From assembly GCA_051294375.1 (NCBI GenBank), contig CM119268.1:7274861-7338860 (forward strand): a DNA stretch of 64,000 bases. Reading direction: 5' to 3'. Origin of the DNA: Paraspadella gotoi (taxonomy: Eukaryota; Animalia; Chaetognatha). The stretch's first letter is position 1; every line of letters starts with the position of its first letter. Below are positions 58,088 through 64,000 of the stretch, piece after piece. A program made the position numbers and the translations under genes. Below the pieces are notes generated by a model, which saw nothing but the letters and a program-made list of their open reading frames with translations, was not told the origin of the DNA and searched no databases.

Positions 58088-58147
58088 CTTTTCCGTTTCT
58101 GGAGTCGTGGGTTGACCCTTCGTCGCCGCGTCTCTACCGTCGCTCAT
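58088..58147 (-). CDS. Probable start exon of AHNAK-like unit A (MSDGRDAATKGQPTTPETEK)
   Basis: Acceptor TTTTGTCAG at 58155; only one frame is open; ATG at 58147; phase-0 donor fits the 55988 exon. The frame could extend into further upstream exons. Confidence 0.62.
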
Positions 58148-59847
58148 CGTCGATCTGACAAAATAAAATAAAGATTAGTACATACATTTGAATTTAACGA
58201 CTATTAACCAGATGCATTAGTTAACCGAAACATTACTGTCATTCAGTTTCAAACACACTAATTTCATTATTGTCTCATTTTGAACCCCGAAAGGAGATTT
58301 AGGCTTTCTAATATTTCACACAATAAAACTATCAAAAATATAGCAAAATCGCATCTCGCACGCTCAGGTCCCGTTTCGATGTCTACGTGAATTTTTGTTC
58401 CCATTTCGATAAAGGAGAGAAAAATCTGTAACTGGCATTGCATTGAACTTCCCAATGACCGCTTAGAAACGAAGAATCAAAAAATAATGCGTAAAAATAA
58501 ATGATATCTGAAATGATGTGTGAAAAGTAAAAAAGAGGCAAAAAGTTAAAAGTTAATTGGTTGTACCAATTTCATAGAATTATTTCATCTTTTTTTAAAC
58601 TTTTTTTTAATTTTTATTTTTTAATTTTTTTATTAATAGTACCAAAAACAGTATTAACAAAATTATAAACAGTAACGGTGTAAAAGACTGGAAAACCAAA
58701 AACAAATAAAAACTAAACTATTAAAATTAAACACTAACGTTTAAAATGGAACCATTAATAAAATGTTATGAACTAATTCTTCAAAAAATAAAAAATATAA
58801 CGTTCAAGAACGTTCAAGGATCAGATGTCAAAATCATAGCTTTTGATGAGCTGTAAAAAAGATGTTATTATTTATACCAAGAAATTATTTTTTTTTTATA
58901 AATAATTTTGTATAGATATTGTATAATGTATGAATGTATGTTAGCTTTTTTGGTTCGATATTCTCGATCAACGACAGAAAATAGGTAACGAATTTCAAAT
59001 AGCAACTAGTATGAAGGAATGAAAGAAGCAAGGAAGCCGTTCTTTAATTTGTGTCGTCATTCGAATCGAGGACGTTTCTTTGACCAATTCACTACGGACC
59101 TGTGTAATTGGTGAACAAGTCAGAACCATTTTGACGCCAAACCAAAGACAATTTTCATTATCGTAGTGAAGTGAGTTCTTGATTCGTTTTGTATTTTATT
59201 GACACGAAATAAAACAATTTCACTTAAATTTTAATTTTCAAGTCTCGCCAAGTTTTAATTAAAATAACTTGGACGCTTTCCTGGAGACTTAACTATGTAC
59301 GTTTTTTGAGGGTTCTATGGGAAAAATGGACACCGAGAAAGATAATTTCTTAGAAAAAAAAAATTATTAAATTCAGATATCATTATTTTTTAATACTTTT
59401 GTATTAAGTTATTTTGTATTTGTAATTGGCTAAGCCGTGAGTGTCTACGCTCCATTTCTGCTCACGAAAAAGCTTCAAAAATTTTCCATTTTTTAAACCA
59501 ATTAGTCTTACGGGATAGATTTTTGTAAACTCGATAGTTGAAATAGATTATTTCAACTCAATTAGTTCAAAAACTTTGAAAGAACTTTCTGTATCGATCG
59601 AATTTGCGAAGCATAGAATAATGCAAATCGCGTTGTGCTTACATGATAGTGACGTGAGAATAACTATTAAACCGATTTTTAAAGTTCGCAAGGAATGACT
59701 AAAGAAACAAACGATGACACTAAAAATAGTTAATTTTTACAAGTTAGAAATCAATGGTTTAAGAAAGTGCGTTTTCGTAGACACTGCCAAACCGATTGCG
59801 AGCGTGGGCGTGGGTGATTTTTGTTGTGTGTATATATGTTTTATTGA

Positions 59848-59935
59848 AGAGAGAGAGAGAGAGAGGAGGAGAGAGAGAGAGAGAGAGAGAAGAAGGAGAG
59901 GAGAGAGAGGAGAGAGAGGAGAGGAGAGAGAGAGA
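59848..59935. repeat. Imperfect (GA)n microsatellite
   Basis: Direct reading. Confidence 0.95.
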
Positions 59936-60209
59936 ATTAAAAGGGTCCTCTCGCCCCACCCTCATTGTTTTGCACTCCCTCAAAGGAAAAAATGAAGAAA
60001 AGTGAAAAAAAAATTAGAAGTGGAAAAAAAAGAAGAAAAGAAAAAAATTTAAGAAAAACATGTAATTTTTTTATATCAAATTCCCTGACATTTGAGTTAA
60101 AAGTAAAAAAAAATAGAAGAAAATCTATCTCGTGTTTGGCGAGGAAAAAAATTTGGTCGGCAAAGAAATTGAGCAATTGCTCATCATTTTAACTGATATA
60201 TATAATATA

Positions 60210-60234
60210 NNNNNNNNNNNNNNNNNNNNNNNNN
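60210..60234. other. Assembly gap (25 N)
   Basis: N run. Confidence 1.
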
Positions 60235-63200
60235 AAGTTCAATTCCATACAATATGTTAACTGTTTAAGGGACATTTTTCTCTGCGCCATGAAGACGTCT
60301 TTTCTTGAAAAAAAAAAATGTCGTGTATCAGTTATTAAAACTTACGGTTCCATTCAGTCGTTATGGGTTGACTCAGTCCAATTCAATGCTAAAATCCATA
60401 ACGACTCCACCCAGCCTCTCTTTACCAACAAATAATTAGTAGATTACCAAATTTCAATTACACCAGATGAAGGGTCACGACTCTATTTATTAGGTTCCTT
60501 TTTGTCTGTAGAAGACAATTGGGACTGAAAACCTGACAAAAACTTGACGGAAAGGAATCTCCAGAGGTTTCCAAGCGATCGAGTACTTTAGCTGGTTTTT
60601 TCTTTGATTCGTAATCTTATAGTGAAATTAATTTATAAGGATTTTTTTAGATAACAATAATGATTAAATCAATAACATTGATTGATTGAATATATTTTTG
60701 ATGTAGACTTTTTATATTTTTTAATTAAACCTTTTTATTTTTTAATAAATTTTATTAATAAAATATTACATATTTATTTTAATATAAAAATACTAATAAA
60801 AAAATGAATCAAGTAGTATAATTATGATAAAATACTATACTAAAAGTTATTCCTAAATTTTGTAAGAATAAATATTAAAAAAATATCACTTTAGCAGTAC
60901 TTACTGAAAATTAAAATCATAATACACCAATATTAAACTTTTAAAACGTATACAAGAAAATAAAATGAGATTAAAATTTATAATAATATATCTTATTGTT
61001 AAACTCTTTTATAATTTTTGAGCTCTTTATGGCTTAAATATAAAAATTATGACTCATTTTAATAGGTTTCTTTTTGGTCTTTAAAAGAATTTAAAAACTG
61101 TTCTAAACCCTAAAAAAACTTGAAATCGGAAAGGAACTCTCCAAAGTTCCAAAGCTAATAGGTCAATCCTATTTTTGCCAAAACAATGAAGCTTTTGAGA
61201 AATGGAATTTAAAATATTTATTTTAAAGTTATTAAATGTTATAATTAGATAAAGTTATCAGTAACTTTTTAGCTGGGTGCGAGTGCTGGGGAGCATTTCA
61301 AATCATTTCTCTAAGTTGTGTGGGTGTAGGTTTGTCGTTTCTGTCAGTCTATCTGACTTAAATTTTAATGTTTCATAACTCGTTTTATGCTAATAATTGT
61401 TAAAATAATATTTGCGTAGGAATTTGGATAATATGTATTATGAAAATGTTTATAGGTGTGCTGGCAGGTGGATTATATAAAAATTCCAACTTCATATGAC
61501 TAACTTTTAACTATAAAATATGAAATAGTCTATTTTTGGTAAAAATTGGTGACGTGGTACTTTTAAATGCATACAAGGTTAATATAGTCAAAAACTTGTG
61601 AGATGGTCTTTTTTCATTATATTTTTTTAGCAAATAACAACCAATTTCTTATCAAAATAAGGTTGGATATATTATTGACTCTTTATGCTTTTTCGAGTCT
61701 TCACAGCGGTTTGCACTCAACCAGATTTGTTGGTATTCACAAACATTGAGTGTGAGGAGAGAGACGAGGAGAGAGAGAGAAAGGAAGTTTCCAACAAAGA
61801 ATGTAGAAAAGGAATTAGATGGAGAAGGACAAGAGAAGGTGAGGGATAGGGAAGGAGGGAGAGTGAAATAAATTTGAACTGGTAAGAGAGAGCAGGGAAA
61901 AATCAACTAACATTTGGCAATTTTTGAGCTCTCTTTCTTTACTTATTTCCCTTACTCTATAATCTTACTCCATCCCTAACCACTTATTTTTCTATTTCAT
62001 TTTTACTTACATCTCATTTTATCATAACTATTACCTTTATTATTTTATTTTCTTTAGTTTAATATATCATTTCTGACCACTATCTTTTCTTCAATTCTTT
62101 GTGGAAGCGGAATCTTTGTGAAACCGAAATCTGTTGAGTCAAACCGTTTGAAGAAGACTCATAAAAGCTAGGAAGGTTCGAAAACCTTTATTATATAAAT
62201 ATCATCTGTTAATGCTGAAATAAAACTTGTTTTCTTTATTATCAAACCTTTAAAATAAGTGAACCACAAATTTAAATGTAATTGTTACATAATTTGCCTT
62301 CATATGTTTCTATCTGCTACTTTGGAAAATTCTTTCCATAAAATACGACATTAAACTAAACCTGCAGTTTTATTTTTCATTTACTTCATAATTATTACTT
62401 TTTTTTATATTAAGAATTCAATCAAACTAGGTTTTCCTCAATTTTTTTCCCTTTTTTTGTGTTTGACTTAAGAAAGAAGGTTTTGATGATTTGTTCCTGA
62501 ACTAATTCAAATCATTCTGTTTAAAACTATAAGCATAATAAACTTGAGTATTAATAAGTTTTTATTATAAGTTTTAACACTAGTTTGACTTTGCACAATA
62601 AAATAAAAAATGACGCATTCAGCTATGACCATTGCAGCAAGCCTTTTACCATATCCTAATTATTTACTTTCTTACAAACAACACCACTCTCTTCGGACGG
62701 GCATCCACTAAATTCTCCACAAAGAGTCAAAATATCTAAACAGAAAAGAAAAGTTTTGTTTACCTAACTATTCCAGGATAATTTTTACATATATTCTTAA
62801 TTATCTTGGCCATTTATAAATCTAAACTTAATGCCATACTAATTAAATATATATTTTTCCCCTTAGTTTATTATGTTTGATTACATTATCACAAAAACAT
62901 TACTTGCATCAATAATATATTCAATCTAGCTAGTCTAATAAAAGGCATAAGACCAAGATAGAATTCAAATTGTTACCCTTTAATTTTATTATGTAATACT
63001 GCTTTTAAAATTTGAATCTGTTTTTTAAAAACAATAAAAGTTACAATTTCTTGGAGAAAGAAAACAATTTCACTCATGGCACAAAAGTAGTAATGCGGCC
63101 CATTTTCCCAAACACTTTTGAATATTTACTAAAAGCAAAGACTCAGCAGGATTCCTCGAAAATATTGCATTAATTTTAATCTAAATTTGACATCTCTTGT

Positions 63201-64000
63201 TAATTAAGGGCGGCAAATTTAAGCCACATAAAGCAGGCTCCCAAATTTTTAAAATTAGTGGAGAATGAATAATTATAAAACAGATATATCGTACGATTAA
63301 CGACCTTTATCTTTTCTCTCTTCTCCAATCGATTTCTGATACATATTATGTATGCTCAGTGCTCTGTAAACCTCTATCAATTTTTCTGCACCTAGGACGG
63401 ATTCGCAGTACTTCCGTTCAACGCCTAAAATTATAATTGCTGTTTAATTACTCTTACTAATACTCCTCCAAACGTCTCAGGTGTGCACATCATTTTAGTC
63501 TATAAATAGTCCCATTTGAGTCCCTCAAGAGAAAGAGTCATATATCGGAATAACCCATAGATTCTTGTATTGTCTCGTATATTTACGCGAATACTATACA
63601 TATTAGTGGATTATCTAAATAACAGTTTCTCAGTAATTCCAAGTTTAACTAAAAAAATATTTATACGGTGCTTAACGATCGCTCAAAAATTTATAGTTCT
63701 CACACAATCACGAATTCCCGAGTATTGATTAAGTCGATGTCGATCGATCCACTGAATTGTCGACGCGGATCTATTAAAACATGCCTTTAAATTATCTTAT
63801 TCCCACATCCTAATAACATTCCTCTGACATCAACGAATATCTCCGCGCTAAAATAGGTGACTCGACACACTTTGGCAAAATCTATACCTCAGTGTGACAG
63901 AGCTTTCCTCGTTCTGGCTACAAAAGGTTTCTATCATGCTTTTATCTCAGTCCCTCAATGTCTCTTGTCTACAGACATTAAAACGCTAAGGCCCATAACT

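Noticed and set aside
63280-64000. Possible decayed LINE reverse transcriptase on the minus strand (IDFAK..., DNTRIY)
   Set aside because: Faint resemblance with many stops; needs a translated search.

Overview
AT-rich animal (probably invertebrate) genomic DNA from a draft assembly, with spliced genes, microsatellites and three N-gaps; no prokaryotic systems were seen. Left part (1-16.4 kb): the 3' six exons of a TTD14-like gene, with a compact structured GC-rich element in one intron; an 8-exon minus-strand gene for a disordered protein with four NPF motifs, PPxY and SILK; a partial acidic/Ser-Thr-rich gene beside gaps; a 3-exon Ly6/uPAR (three-finger) gene whose GPI-type tail is out of frame; and an Arg/Lys-rich gene. 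From 17.5 to 58.2 kb the minus strand carries an AHNAK/periaxin-like locus with two giant repeat exons (about 15.5 kb and 13.7 kb). The exon junctions flanking them are phase 1, and an internal CpG-rich ATG exon and a short terminal exon lie between them, so it may be two tandem genes or one modular locus able to encode more than 10,000 aa. No PDZ domain is visible. The downstream giant exon has nine copies of a PDPYLLxLxGP motif I do not recognise. The frameshifts at 44.8-51.0 kb and near 30647 look like sequencing errors. A DINE-1/HINE-like element and a perfect 35-bp hairpin lie in a 5' intron. All gene models were spliced by hand from GT-AG sites and frame continuity, without transcript data or database searches.
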